Shown: positions 25,327-34,244, counted from the first letter of the stretch. The stretch: DNA of 64,000 bases from an uncultured Acidobacteriota bacterium (GCA_963726735.1 CAVSDM010000011.1:2827-66826); one strand, 5' to 3'. The notes: generated from the letters alone by a model not told the origin. Translations and numbers: made by a program.

Positions 25327-28300
25327 TTGAGCACGTTCGTCAGGAGAAGTTCCCCTTTGAATTTAAGAGACGCTGCCCGCCTCACGCTGGCCTGTGTAGT
25401 CGTGTGCCTAATCGCGCCGCTGGCCGCCGCCGCCCCCGGGGGCGCGCCGCCGCGCGCGTCAACGGCCGCCCCGCCGCAGACCTTCAACCTCTCGGACTTC
25501 GGCGCCGTGGGTAACGGCGTGACCGACGACGGGCCGGCCTTGCAGGCCGCGCTCGACGCGGTCATCGCGGCGGGCGGCGGGACGCTGCTCGTGCCCGCGG
25601 GCCGCTTCGCCATCGTCACGCCGGTCGTGGCGACCGCGACGGGGCCGAACGTCTCGCTCGAAATCCGCGGCGTCGAATCTTCGACCCCCGTCCCTCCGCC
25701 GACGGCGGGCGGCGACATGCTTTCCCGCGGGCTCGACCTCACCTCGGAGTTCGCCCCGAAGACCGGCGCCCAGCAGATCGCCATCCTGGTTCAGGGGTTC
25801 AGCCACTTCCTCATCCAGGACATTTGCTTCATCGGCTCGATAGACGTGGACAACGACGCGCTGTCAACGCTCGCCATCTCTTACGTCCCCGACGCGGTCA
25901 TCCGGCACTGCGAGTTCTACGGCCTGATGAGCCAGTCCCCCGGCGGCTCCATCGTCCAGAGCTTCGGAGGCGGCCTCACGATTCAGCAGACGAAGTTCCT
26001 CGGCTGCACCGGCAACAGCGGCATCTCCGTCCCGGTCGTCCAGAACTACTTCTGGAAGTCGATCACCGTCGAAGACACCATCTTCATCGACTACGGGCAG
26101 CGCCCGGAGTTGTACGCGAAGACGGGCTACGGCGCGCCGTACTCTTGGGTCCACGTCGGGCCGGCCGCGCCGCCGACGGCCGACCTGCCGCGGCGCGAGG
26201 TCGTGCTGCGTAACCTCTTCCTCGACGAGGGCGGGTGGCTGGGCATCAGCGTCCTACCGGCGCAGTTCCAGAGCAACCCCGTCCCCGTCGATCTCTTCTA
26301 CGCGACGGGCTTCTACGTCAACGTCTCGAACTTCTTCACGACCGGCCTCTACATCTCCGGCGTGCGCCAGGCGATGGTCGAGGACTCGCGCTTCACCTGG
26401 ACCCACCGCGCCAACGCCGCCCTCGAAATCTACGGCCCGCAGGACGCCATCCTCGACCGCATCCGGACGGACGCGGGGGCGACGCGTCTCCAGGCCGACT
26501 CCCTGACCCAGCGCCTCACCGTCATCGACTCGATCTACAGTGACCTCGCGTCCTCGGCGGTGCAGACCATCGTGCTCACGCCCGCGACGCCCGACGACGA
26601 CCCCGTGCGCTACGTCCGCGCGCGGTTCGAGTCGGCGCTCGGGCGCGCGCCCGACGCGGCGGCGCACTACTACTGGTCGCGCAAGCTCCTCGACTGCGGC
26701 GCGGACGCGACCTGCGTCGTAGCGCAGCGTGCGGCGCTCGCGGCCTACCTCGCCACCACACCGGCGCCGACGTTCGACATCAACGGCCGCGCGACCGGCG
26801 AGGGCGACCAGCCGCTCGCGGGCGTCGGGGTCACGCTGACGGGCACGCACCTGGCGGCGACGTTGACGACGCTGACCGGCGCCGACGGCTCTTACAGCTT
26901 CAACCGCCTGCCGACGAGCGGGGTCTACACCTTCAAGGTCGGCACCAGGCGCCACTACACGTTCGCGACGCCGACGCGCACCGTCACCACGCCCGCGGGC
27001 GCGCAGGTCGTGAACTTCCCTGCGACGCTCAACCGCTACGCCGTCGGCGGCCGGCTCCTCGACGAGCGCGGCCGCCCGATACAGGGCGCGACCCTGACGC
27101 TCTCGGGCGCGCAGGCCGCCACGACCAGCTCGGACGTGAACGGCAACTACACGTTCGCGAGCCTCCCGGCCGGCGGCAATTACACCGTCAACGCTTCGAG
27201 CACGCGCCACACGTTCGCGAGCCCGTCGCAGACGTTCACCGATCTCGACGCGAACAAGACGGCCAACTTCAACGCCACGTCGCTCTTCTACAACGTCAAC
27301 GGGCAGGTCGTTGACTCGGCCAACAAGCCACTGGCCGGACAATCCGTCGCGCTCTCGGGCGGGAAGACCGCGACGGCCACGACGGACGTGCAGGGTAACT
27401 TCACCTTCGTCGATCTGCCGCGCGGCGGCGCCTACACGGTCACGCCCGCGAAGCTCCTCGGCAGTCTGTTCACGCCCGCCGCGAAGAGCTTCGAGAATTT
27501 GACGGCCGACCAGACGGCCGTCTTCATCGCCGTCAAGACCGACTACAAAATCGCCGGGCGCGTCACCTCCGCCGGGACGGGTCTCGCGGGCGTGACTCTG
27601 ACGCTCACGGGCTCGAAGCAGGCCACGACCACGACGGACGCTAACGGCGCCTACTCCTTCAGCGTTCCCGTCCACGGCGACTACGCGGTCGCGCCCTCGA
27701 AGACGCACTACGCGTTCGACCGCGTGAGCGCGACCTTCGGCGGCGTCACCTCCGACAAGACGGCCGACTTCGTCGCGACCATCAACCGGCACAAGCTCAG
27801 CGGCGTCGTCAAACGGCCGGCGGGCGCCGCGCTCTCCGGCGTGACCGTCACGCTCTCGGGCGCGCAGGCGGCCACGGCGACGACCGACGCGCAGGGCGCC
27901 TACAGCTTCGCGAACCTGCCCGCGGGCGCCGCCTACACCGTCACGCCCTCGAAGCCCGGCTACGACCTCGCCCCCGCGTCGCAAAGCTTCACGGATCTCG
28001 GCGCGGACCGGACGGCCGACTTCTCCGTCACGCCCTCGAACGTCGCGCTCGCGGGGCGCATCACTGTGGACGGCGCCGCGCTCGCGGGCGTCACCGTCGC
28101 ACTCACGGGGTCGAAGACCGGCGCGGCCACGACGGACGCGCAGGGTAGATACTCCTTCAACGTCACGTCCGAGGGCACTTACACCGTCGCGCCCTCGAAG
28201 ACGCACTACAAGTTCGCGCCGTCGGCCCTTACCTTCAACGACCCGATCTCCGCGCAGACGGCCGACTTCGCCGGCACGCTCGACCGCCACAAGATCAGCG

Positions 28301-31300
28301 GGCGCGTCACGGACGGGCAGAACAACGCCGTCGCCGGAGTCGGCGTCACGCTCTCGGGCGCGCAGGCGGCCGCGACGACGACCGACGCGAACGGCAACTA
28401 CGCCTTCACGAACCTTCCGGCCGGCGGCAACTACACTCTCACGGCCGCGAGGACGAACTACTCCCTTGCCCCCTCCGGCATCGCCGTAAGCGACCTCGGC
28501 GCCGACCAGACGGCCGACTTCGTCGCGACGCTCAACCGGCACAGGATCAGTGGCACCGCCAGGAGTCCGGCGGGCGTCGCGCTCTCCGGCGTGACCGTGA
28601 CGCTCTCGGGCGGGCAGGCGGCCGTGACGACGACCGACGCGCAGGGCATCTACGCCTTCCCGAACCTCCCGGCCGGCGGCAACTACGTCGTCACCGCCGC
28701 CAGGGTCAACTACTCATTAAGCCCGGTCAGCGTCCCCTTCAACGACCTCGGCGCGGACCAGACGGCCGACTTTACGGGCACGCTCCTCGACTACGTCGTG
28801 CGCGGCCGCGTCACCGCCGCGGGCGGCGCGGCGCTCGCGGGCGTGACCGTGACGCTCTCCGGCTCGAAGGCGGGCACGGCGACGACCGACGCTAACGGCG
28901 GCTACTCCTTCACCGTGCCGGCCGAGGGGAGCTACACGGTCACGCCGTCGCGCAAGCACTACACCTTCGCGCCGACCTCCTCGACCTTCACGAATCTCGG
29001 CGGCGACAAGACCGCCGACTTCGACGCGACGCTCGACCGCCACACCGTCTCGGGACGCATCGCCGACCAGAGCGGTGCGGGGGTACAGGGCGTGACCGTG
29101 ACGCTCTCGGGCTCACAGTCGGGCACGGCCACGACGGACGCGCAGGGTAACTTCTCCTTCCCGAACCTTCCGGCCGGCGGCAGCTACACCCTCACGGCCG
29201 CGAAGGCGAACTACACGTTCGCCCCGCAGGCGCGGAGCTTCGATGACCTTTCGTCCGCGCAGACGGCCGACTTCGAGGCGACGCTCAACCGCCACGCCGT
29301 CTCGGGCCGCGTCGCCTACGCGAACGGCGCGGGCATACAGGGCGTGACCGTGACCCTCTCGGGCGGGCAGGCGGCCACGGCGACGACCGACGCGCAGGGC
29401 GCCTACAGCTTCGCGAACCTGCCCGCGGGCGCCGCCTACACGGTCACGCCCGCGCTCGTGCATCACACCTTCGCACCCGCGTCGCAGAGCTTCGACGACC
29501 TCGGGGCGGACGCGCGCGCCGCCTTCACGGCCGCCGTCGTGAACTACCGCATCGCGGGGCGCGTCACGGAGAAGGGCGCGCCGCTCGCGGGCGTCGAAGT
29601 GACCCTCGCGGGTACGCACGCCGTGCTCGGCGCGCAGGCCGGCAAGGCGACGACCGGGGCCGACGGCGTCTACTCGTTCACGGCGCCCGCGGGCGGCGAC
29701 TACACGGTCGCGCCCGCGCTCGCGAACCACACCTTCGCACCCGCGTCGCGGAGCTTCGATGACCTTTCGTCCGCGCAGACGGCCGACTTCGAGGCGACGC
29801 TCAACCGCCACGCCGTCTCAGGCCGCGTCGCCTACGCGAACGACGCGGGCCTCGCGGGCGTGACCGTGACCCTCTCGGGCGGGCAGGCGGCCACGGCGAC
29901 GACCGACGCGCAGGGCGCCTACAGCTTCGCGAACCTGCCCGCGGGCGCCGCCTACACGGTCACGCCCGCGCTCGTGCATCACACCTTCGCACCCGCGTCG
30001 CAGAGCTTCGACGACCTCGGGGCGGACGCGCGCGCCGCCTTCACGGCCGCCGTCGTGAACTACCGCATCGCGGGGCGCGTCACGGAGAAGGGCGCGCCGC
30101 TCGCGGGCGTCGAAGTGACCCTCGCGGGTACGCACGCCGTGCTCGGCGCGCAGGCCGGCAAGGCGACGACCGGGGCCGACGGCGCCTACTCGTTCACGGC
30201 GCCCGCGGGCGGCGACTACACGGTCGCGCCGTCGAAGAAGAACTCCGTCTTCGGCCCGGCCGCGGCGACGTTCAAGGGTCTGGCCGCGGACCAGACCTCA
30301 GACTTCGACGCGTCGCTCCAGACCGTCGTGAGCTTCGCCGCGACGAGCTACACGGTGGGCGAGGGCGGCGGCAGCCTGACCGTCACCGTCACGCGCGAGG
30401 GCGACACCACGACCGGGGCTTCGGCCGTCTACGAGGGGCGCAGCGACACGGCGAAGCTCGGCTCCGACTTCGTCGCCTCCGTCGGCCTGCTCACCTTCGC
30501 CCCGGGCGAGACCTCGAAGACCTTTACGCTCTTCATCACCGACGACGCCTTCGCCGAGGGGCCGGAGCGGTTCACGCTGACGCTGACGCCGTCCGGCAGC
30601 ACGGTCACGGGCGACGTGGCCGTCACGTCGGTGACGATCAACGACAACGACGCGACGACCTCTCCGGTCAACCCGCTCGACGACGACGAGTTCTTCGTCC
30701 GCCAGCACTACCGCGACTTCTTCAGCCGCGAGCCGGACGCGCCGGGGCTCAAGTTCTGGACGGACGAGATCAAAAAGTGCGGCACGGACGCGCGCTGCCG
30801 CGAGGCGCGGCGCGTCAGCGTCTCGGCCGCCTTCTTCCTCTCCATCGAGTTCAAGGAGACGGGCTACTTCGCCTACCGCCTCTACCGCGCCTCGTACGGA
30901 CGCGCGCCGGCGCGCTCCGGCGAGTTCATGCTCGACTCGCGCGTGTTGGGCGACGGCGTGGTGGTCGGCGCCGATGGGTGGGCCGGGCGGCTCGCGGCCA
31001 ACCGGCGCGCGTTCCTCGAAGCGTGGACGCAGCGGCAGGCGTTCAAGGAGCGCTTCGCGGGCTTTACCGACTGGTGGTTCGTCGAGACGCTCTTCAACAA
31101 CATGAACGTGACGCCGACCGAGGCCCGCCGCCAGGCGCTGCTGGCGAAGCTCGGCGCCGGCACCTCCCGCGCCGAGGTGCTCGCCGAGGTGATCGAAGAC
31201 GAGCAGTTCAACAAGCAGGAGATCGACCGCGCCTTCGTCCTGATGCAGTACTTCGGGTATTTAAGAAGAAACCCCAACGACCCGCCCGACTCCGACCTGA

Positions 31301-31416
31301 CCGGCTATAACCACTGGCTGGGCAAGCTCAACGAGTTCGGCGGCGACTACGAGAAGGCCGAGATGGTCAAAGCCTTCCTCTCCTCGACCGAGTACCGCGG
31401 GCGCTTCGGGAATTGA
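25327..31416 (+). CDS. Giant secreted surface protein: pectate-lyase-like beta-helix, DUF4214, 14 CarboxypepD_reg/Ig-like repeats, Calx-beta, DUF4214
   Basis: Intact 2029-aa ORF. A TTG at 25357 preceded by AGGAGA is a more likely start than 25327. Signal peptide LTLACVVVCLIAPLAAAA. Beta-helix N-cap FNLSDFGAVGNGVTDDGPALQAALDAVIAAGGGTLLVPAGRF. DUF4214 YVRARFESALGRAPDAAAHYYW. Repeats of ~84 aa (GRV...LAGVTVTLSG.QAATATTDAQG.YSF.NLPAGG.YTVTP). Calx-beta VSFAATSYTVGEGGGSLTVTVTREGD...GSDFV...LTFAPGETSKTFTLFITDDAFAEGPERFTLTL. C-terminal DUF4214 FVRQHYRDFFSREPDAPGLKFW. Confidence 0.85.
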   Translation: MSTFVRRSSPLNLRDAARLTLACVVVCLIAPLAAAAPGGAPPRASTAAPPQTFNLSDFGAVGNGVTDDGPALQAALDAVIAAGGGTLLVPAGRFAIVTPVVATATGPNVSLEIRGVESSTPVPPPTAGGDMLSRGLDLTSEFAPKTGAQQIAILVQGFSHFLIQDICFIGSIDVDNDALSTLAISYVPDAVIRHCEFYGLMSQSPGGSIVQSFGGGLTIQQTKFLGCTGNSGISVPVVQNYFWKSITVEDTIFIDYGQRPELYAKTGYGAPYSWVHVGPAAPPTADLPRREVVLRNLFLDEGGWLGISVLPAQFQSNPVPVDLFYATGFYVNVSNFFTTGLYISGVRQAMVEDSRFTWTHRANAALEIYGPQDAILDRIRTDAGATRLQADSLTQRLTVIDSIYSDLASSAVQTIVLTPATPDDDPVRYVRARFESALGRAPDAAAHYYWSRKLLDCGADATCVVAQRAALAAYLATTPAPTFDINGRATGEGDQPLAGVGVTLTGTHLAATLTTLTGADGSYSFNRLPTSGVYTFKVGTRRHYTFATPTRTVTTPAGAQVVNFPATLNRYAVGGRLLDERGRPIQGATLTLSGAQAATTSSDVNGNYTFASLPAGGNYTVNASSTRHTFASPSQTFTDLDANKTANFNATSLFYNVNGQVVDSANKPLAGQSVALSGGKTATATTDVQGNFTFVDLPRGGAYTVTPAKLLGSLFTPAAKSFENLTADQTAVFIAVKTDYKIAGRVTSAGTGLAGVTLTLTGSKQATTTTDANGAYSFSVPVHGDYAVAPSKTHYAFDRVSATFGGVTSDKTADFVATINRHKLSGVVKRPAGAALSGVTVTLSGAQAATATTDAQGAYSFANLPAGAAYTVTPSKPGYDLAPASQSFTDLGADRTADFSVTPSNVALAGRITVDGAALAGVTVALTGSKTGAATTDAQGRYSFNVTSEGTYTVAPSKTHYKFAPSALTFNDPISAQTADFAGTLDRHKISGRVTDGQNNAVAGVGVTLSGAQAAATTTDANGNYAFTNLPAGGNYTLTAARTNYSLAPSGIAVSDLGADQTADFVATLNRHRISGTARSPAGVALSGVTVTLSGGQAAVTTTDAQGIYAFPNLPAGGNYVVTAARVNYSLSPVSVPFNDLGADQTADFTGTLLDYVVRGRVTAAGGAALAGVTVTLSGSKAGTATTDANGGYSFTVPAEGSYTVTPSRKHYTFAPTSSTFTNLGGDKTADFDATLDRHTVSGRIADQSGAGVQGVTVTLSGSQSGTATTDAQGNFSFPNLPAGGSYTLTAAKANYTFAPQARSFDDLSSAQTADFEATLNRHAVSGRVAYANGAGIQGVTVTLSGGQAATATTDAQGAYSFANLPAGAAYTVTPALVHHTFAPASQSFDDLGADARAAFTAAVVNYRIAGRVTEKGAPLAGVEVTLAGTHAVLGAQAGKATTGADGVYSFTAPAGGDYTVAPALANHTFAPASRSFDDLSSAQTADFEATLNRHAVSGRVAYANDAGLAGVTVTLSGGQAATATTDAQGAYSFANLPAGAAYTVTPALVHHTFAPASQSFDDLGADARAAFTAAVVNYRIAGRVTEKGAPLAGVEVTLAGTHAVLGAQAGKATTGADGAYSFTAPAGGDYTVAPSKKNSVFGPAAATFKGLAADQTSDFDASLQTVVSFAATSYTVGEGGGSLTVTVTREGDTTTGASAVYEGRSDTAKLGSDFVASVGLLTFAPGETSKTFTLFITDDAFAEGPERFTLTLTPSGSTVTGDVAVTSVTINDNDATTSPVNPLDDDEFFVRQHYRDFFSREPDAPGLKFWTDEIKKCGTDARCREARRVSVSAAFFLSIEFKETGYFAYRLYRASYGRAPARSGEFMLDSRVLGDGVVVGADGWAGRLAANRRAFLEAWTQRQAFKERFAGFTDWWFVETLFNNMNVTPTEARRQALLAKLGAGTSRAEVLAEVIEDEQFNKQEIDRAFVLMQYFGYLRRNPNDPPDSDLTGYNHWLGKLNEFGGDYEKAEMVKAFLSSTEYRGRFGN
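26771..30320 (+). repeat. 14 tandem ~84-aa domain repeats (coding), alternating two subtypes
   Basis: I counted 14 units from TFDINGRATGEG to DFDASLQTV. Odd and even units alternate: SG..LSGAQAATATTDAQGAYSFANLPAGG versus AGRVT..LAGVTVTL.GSK..TTDA.G.YSF.V..G.YTVAPSK.HY. Confidence 0.85.
29231..30230 (+). repeat. Near-identical 516-bp tandem duplication (two-domain unit) inside the giant gene
   Basis: 29231-29714 matches 29747-30230, offset 516 bp (172 aa), with about seven substitutions by eye. Confidence 0.9.
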
Positions 31417-31421
31417 GAGTA

Positions 31422-31490
31422 GTAGGCAGATGGCAGTCGGCAGTTGAAAACGTCGCTGACGCGGCTTGCTGCCGACTGCCATCTGTCTAC
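31422..31490 (+). repeat. Inverted word array (GTAGGCAG/ATGGCAG family) forming a 22-bp hairpin just after the giant gene
   Basis: gtaggcagatggcagtcggcag (31422-31443) faces ctgccgactgccatctgtctac (31469-31490). There are 22 pairs, one of which is a G-U wobble on the plus-strand RNA. Loop 25 nt. There is no U-tract. The gene ends TGA GAG TAG TAG. Confidence 0.8.
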
Positions 31491-31807
31491 CGACTGCCGC
31501 GCCTGAGATTGCGACCCCGTTGCCTTCCGGTTGTTTTTAAGAGCCCGACGCCTCCCCGCTTGACACGACCCGCGCCTCCCGTTAGTGTGAGCGCCGTCCC
31601 ATTTAGTTTGCGTGGATCTCACCAGTCACACGCGAACAATCCTAAGCGACAACTGCTCAGGGTTGACGAAAGCCGTTAAGGGCTTTTTGCGCCCGTCGTC
31701 CGAGCCTGTGCCCCCTGTCTGCCCGCGGCCTTCTCCCGGCCGGGGGCGCGCGGGCTCGCCGCGTGCGCGCCGAAGTCCTGACCTTGATACACAACTAAGG
31801 AGAGCCA

Positions 31808-32368
31808 ATGCACACGGAGAAACACCCACCCGCACGGCGTCCGGCGCCGGTCTGGCTGGCGACGCTGTCACTCCTCCTGCTCGTACTCGCGGGCACCCAA
31901 CAGGCGCGCGCGCAGGACGCGGCCGCGCCCGACGACGCACGGGAGCCGAAGATGTCCGACCTCATCAAGATGCCCGGCAAGGTCATCGCCGAGTCCGACG
32001 CCCCCGCGCCCGCGGGCCGTCTCAAAGTCAAAAACTATCGGATCGAAGAGTTGACGCTGCCCGCGCCGGTCGAGGCCGAAGTCGGGGCCAAGCGCGTCAA
32101 AGTCTCGCGCGCCTTCCGCGTGACCGTCACCGGCGGGCCGTTCCCCGTCCGCGCCCTGCCCGCCGTCGTCTGGATAGACGACGTGGCCGTCGGCTACGGC
32201 GTCGAGAGCGAAGACCTCGACGCGATCACGGCCGTCACTTTCGACGCCTCGCTCCTGCGCGAAGGCGCGACCCTGTACGTCTCCTACGGCGACAAGGAGA
32301 AGAAGGAAGACCGCACGGCGCTGCCCGAGAAGCTCAAGCTCGGCGCGAAGAAGGGGGGTAACCGGTAA
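31808..32368 (+). CDS. Secreted protein of unknown function (186 aa)
   Basis: Strong SD (AAGGAGAG) 3 nt before the ATG. Signal peptide VWLATLSLLLLVLAGTQQARAQD. The stop overlaps the next start (TAATG). Confidence 0.6.
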   Translation: MHTEKHPPARRPAPVWLATLSLLLLVLAGTQQARAQDAAAPDDAREPKMSDLIKMPGKVIAESDAPAPAGRLKVKNYRIEELTLPAPVEAEVGAKRVKVSRAFRVTVTGGPFPVRALPAVVWIDDVAVGYGVESEDLDAITAVTFDASLLREGATLYVSYGDKEKKEDRTALPEKLKLGAKKGGNR

Positions 32369-34128
32369 TGCGTAAGCTCACACACACGCTCGCGCGCGCG
32401 CTCGCCTGCGCGTCCGTCATCGTCGCCTGCGGCGCGGCCTTCAGACTCAACGCGCAGACGCCCGACCCCGGCACGGCCGGGCCGCTGGCCGTCACGCGCG
32501 AGGAGTACGACTACGGCAACCTCGCCTTCCAGCCGACGGGGTTCCCCTCGGCGGTCGAGCTGAAGGCTTCCGTCCACTACCCGACGGGGCTGGCCGCCGG
32601 GCCGTACCCGGTCGTCGTCTTCATGCACGGCCGCCACGTGACCTGCTACCGCGGCACGACGACCGCGCTGCGCTGGCCCTGCCGCTCCAACGAGACCGCC
32701 ATCCCGAGCTACCAGGGCTACGACTACATCGCGCAGAACCTCGCGAGCCACGGCTACATCGTCGTCTCGGTGAGCGCCAACGGCATCAACGCCTTCGACA
32801 ACAACGTCACCGACCTCGGGATGCAGGCGCGCGCCGAGCTGATCCAGCGCCACCTCCAGCAGTGGAACACCTTCAACACGGCGAGCACCGCGCCCTTCGG
32901 GACGAAGTTCGTCGGCAAGGTCAACCTCCAGAAGGTCGGCACGATGGGCCACTCGCGCGGCGGCGAGGGCGTCGTCAAGCACTACGCCTATAACAAGTCT
33001 TTGGGCTCGCCCTACGGCGTGAAGGCCGTCTTCCCGCTCGCGCCCGTCAACTTCAACCGCACCATCGCCAACAACGTCGCGCTCTCGGTCGTGCTGCCCT
33101 ACTGCGACGGCGACGTGAACGACAACCAGGGCGTCCACTTCTACGACGACGCGCGCTACAACGTGGCGGGCGACACCTCGCCGAAGCACACCGTCCAGGT
33201 GATGGGCGCCAACCACAACTACTTCAACACGGTCTGGACGCCGGGGCTCTTCCCCGCCGGCACGTCCGACGACTGGGGCTTCACCACGGGCGGCAGCCTC
33301 GACGGACAGTGCGGAACGGTCTCGGGCAACCACCGCCTGACGGCGACGCAGCAGCGCGGCGTCGGGCTCGCCTACATCGCGGCGACGATGCGCGCCTACG
33401 TCGGCGGCGAGTCGCAGTTCACCCCCTACCTGACGGGCGAGGCCGCGCCGCCGCCCTCGGCGCTGACGACGGAGATTCACGTCTCCTACCACGCGCCCGA
33501 CACGGCCGCGACGCGCCGCGACGTGAACCGCCTGCTCACCTCGACCAACCTGACGACGAACACCCTGGGCGGCGCGACGACGCAGACGGGGCTCACGCCG
33601 CACGACCTCTGCGGCGGCCCCTCGCCGCAGCCGCAGCACTGCCTGCCCGTGACGCAGTCAACGGCCCGCCAGCCGCACACGACCGTGAGCGCGCGCGCGA
33701 CGACCGTCCGCGGCCTGAGCCAGTTGCGCACGGGCTGGTCGGCGATCACGGCCAACTACCGCAACGACCTGCCCCTCGGCGCGCGCGACGTGAGCGGCTT
33801 CCGCTGGCTCACGTTCCGCGTCAGCGTCAACTTCGCCGACACGCGCAACCCTTCGGGCATCCCGCAGAACTTCACGGTCGTGCTGACCGACGGCGCGGGC
33901 TCGACCTCGACCGTCACCGTCAACAGCTACTCGGACGTGCTCTTCTACCCGCCCGGCTCGGTCGGGCCGGTGCCGAAGGTGCTGCTCAACACGGCGCGCC
34001 TCCCCGTCAACGCTTTCTCGGGCGTGAACCTCTCGGACATCCGCTCCGTCCAGTTCAAGTTCGACCAGAGCCCCTCGGGCGCGCTCCTCATCTCCGACGT
34101 GTCATTCTCGTCGCCGCCCGTTCCGTAA
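32368..34128 (+). CDS. Secreted alpha/beta-hydrolase (lipase/esterase-like, GHSRGG nucleophile elbow) with a C-terminal beta-rich domain
   Basis: Signal peptide ALACASVIVACGAAFRLNAQ. PVVVFMHGRH, MGHSRGGEG (GxSxG), LPYCDGDVND and MGANHNYFN suggest a Ser-Asp-His triad. About 200 aa of Thr/Ser/Val-rich C-terminal domain follow. Confidence 0.65.
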   Translation: MRKLTHTLARALACASVIVACGAAFRLNAQTPDPGTAGPLAVTREEYDYGNLAFQPTGFPSAVELKASVHYPTGLAAGPYPVVVFMHGRHVTCYRGTTTALRWPCRSNETAIPSYQGYDYIAQNLASHGYIVVSVSANGINAFDNNVTDLGMQARAELIQRHLQQWNTFNTASTAPFGTKFVGKVNLQKVGTMGHSRGGEGVVKHYAYNKSLGSPYGVKAVFPLAPVNFNRTIANNVALSVVLPYCDGDVNDNQGVHFYDDARYNVAGDTSPKHTVQVMGANHNYFNTVWTPGLFPAGTSDDWGFTTGGSLDGQCGTVSGNHRLTATQQRGVGLAYIAATMRAYVGGESQFTPYLTGEAAPPPSALTTEIHVSYHAPDTAATRRDVNRLLTSTNLTTNTLGGATTQTGLTPHDLCGGPSPQPQHCLPVTQSTARQPHTTVSARATTVRGLSQLRTGWSAITANYRNDLPLGARDVSGFRWLTFRVSVNFADTRNPSGIPQNFTVVLTDGAGSTSTVTVNSYSDVLFYPPGSVGPVPKVLLNTARLPVNAFSGVNLSDIRSVQFKFDQSPSGALLISDVSFSSPPVP

Positions 34129-34144
34129 GCCTCTAAGAACAAGT

Positions 34145-34244
34145 AGCCAGTAGACAGTAGTCAGTAGAAAACAATAAGCGGCGCGTCTCGACCTTTAGGC
34201 CGGACGCGCCGCTTCTTCTTCCTACTGGCTACTGTCTACTGGCT
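34145..34244. terminator. Nested hairpins between convergent genes: outer 23-bp word-array stem, inner 12-bp GC stem
   Basis: Outer stem: agccagtagacagtagtcagtag (34145-34167) with ctactggctactgtctactggct (34222-34244), including one U-G on the plus strand. Inner stem: aagcggcgcgtc (34176-34187) with gacgcgccgctt (34203-34214), followed by cttcttctt. Confidence 0.7.

Noticed and set aside
26254-28542. 762-aa ORF on the minus strand, antisense to the giant surface-protein gene
   Set aside because: Its translation is Arg/Gly/Asp/Glu-rich low complexity. It mirrors the repeat period of the sense strand. The sense frame has clear domain signatures and a signal peptide. Long antisense ORFs are expected by chance at this GC content.
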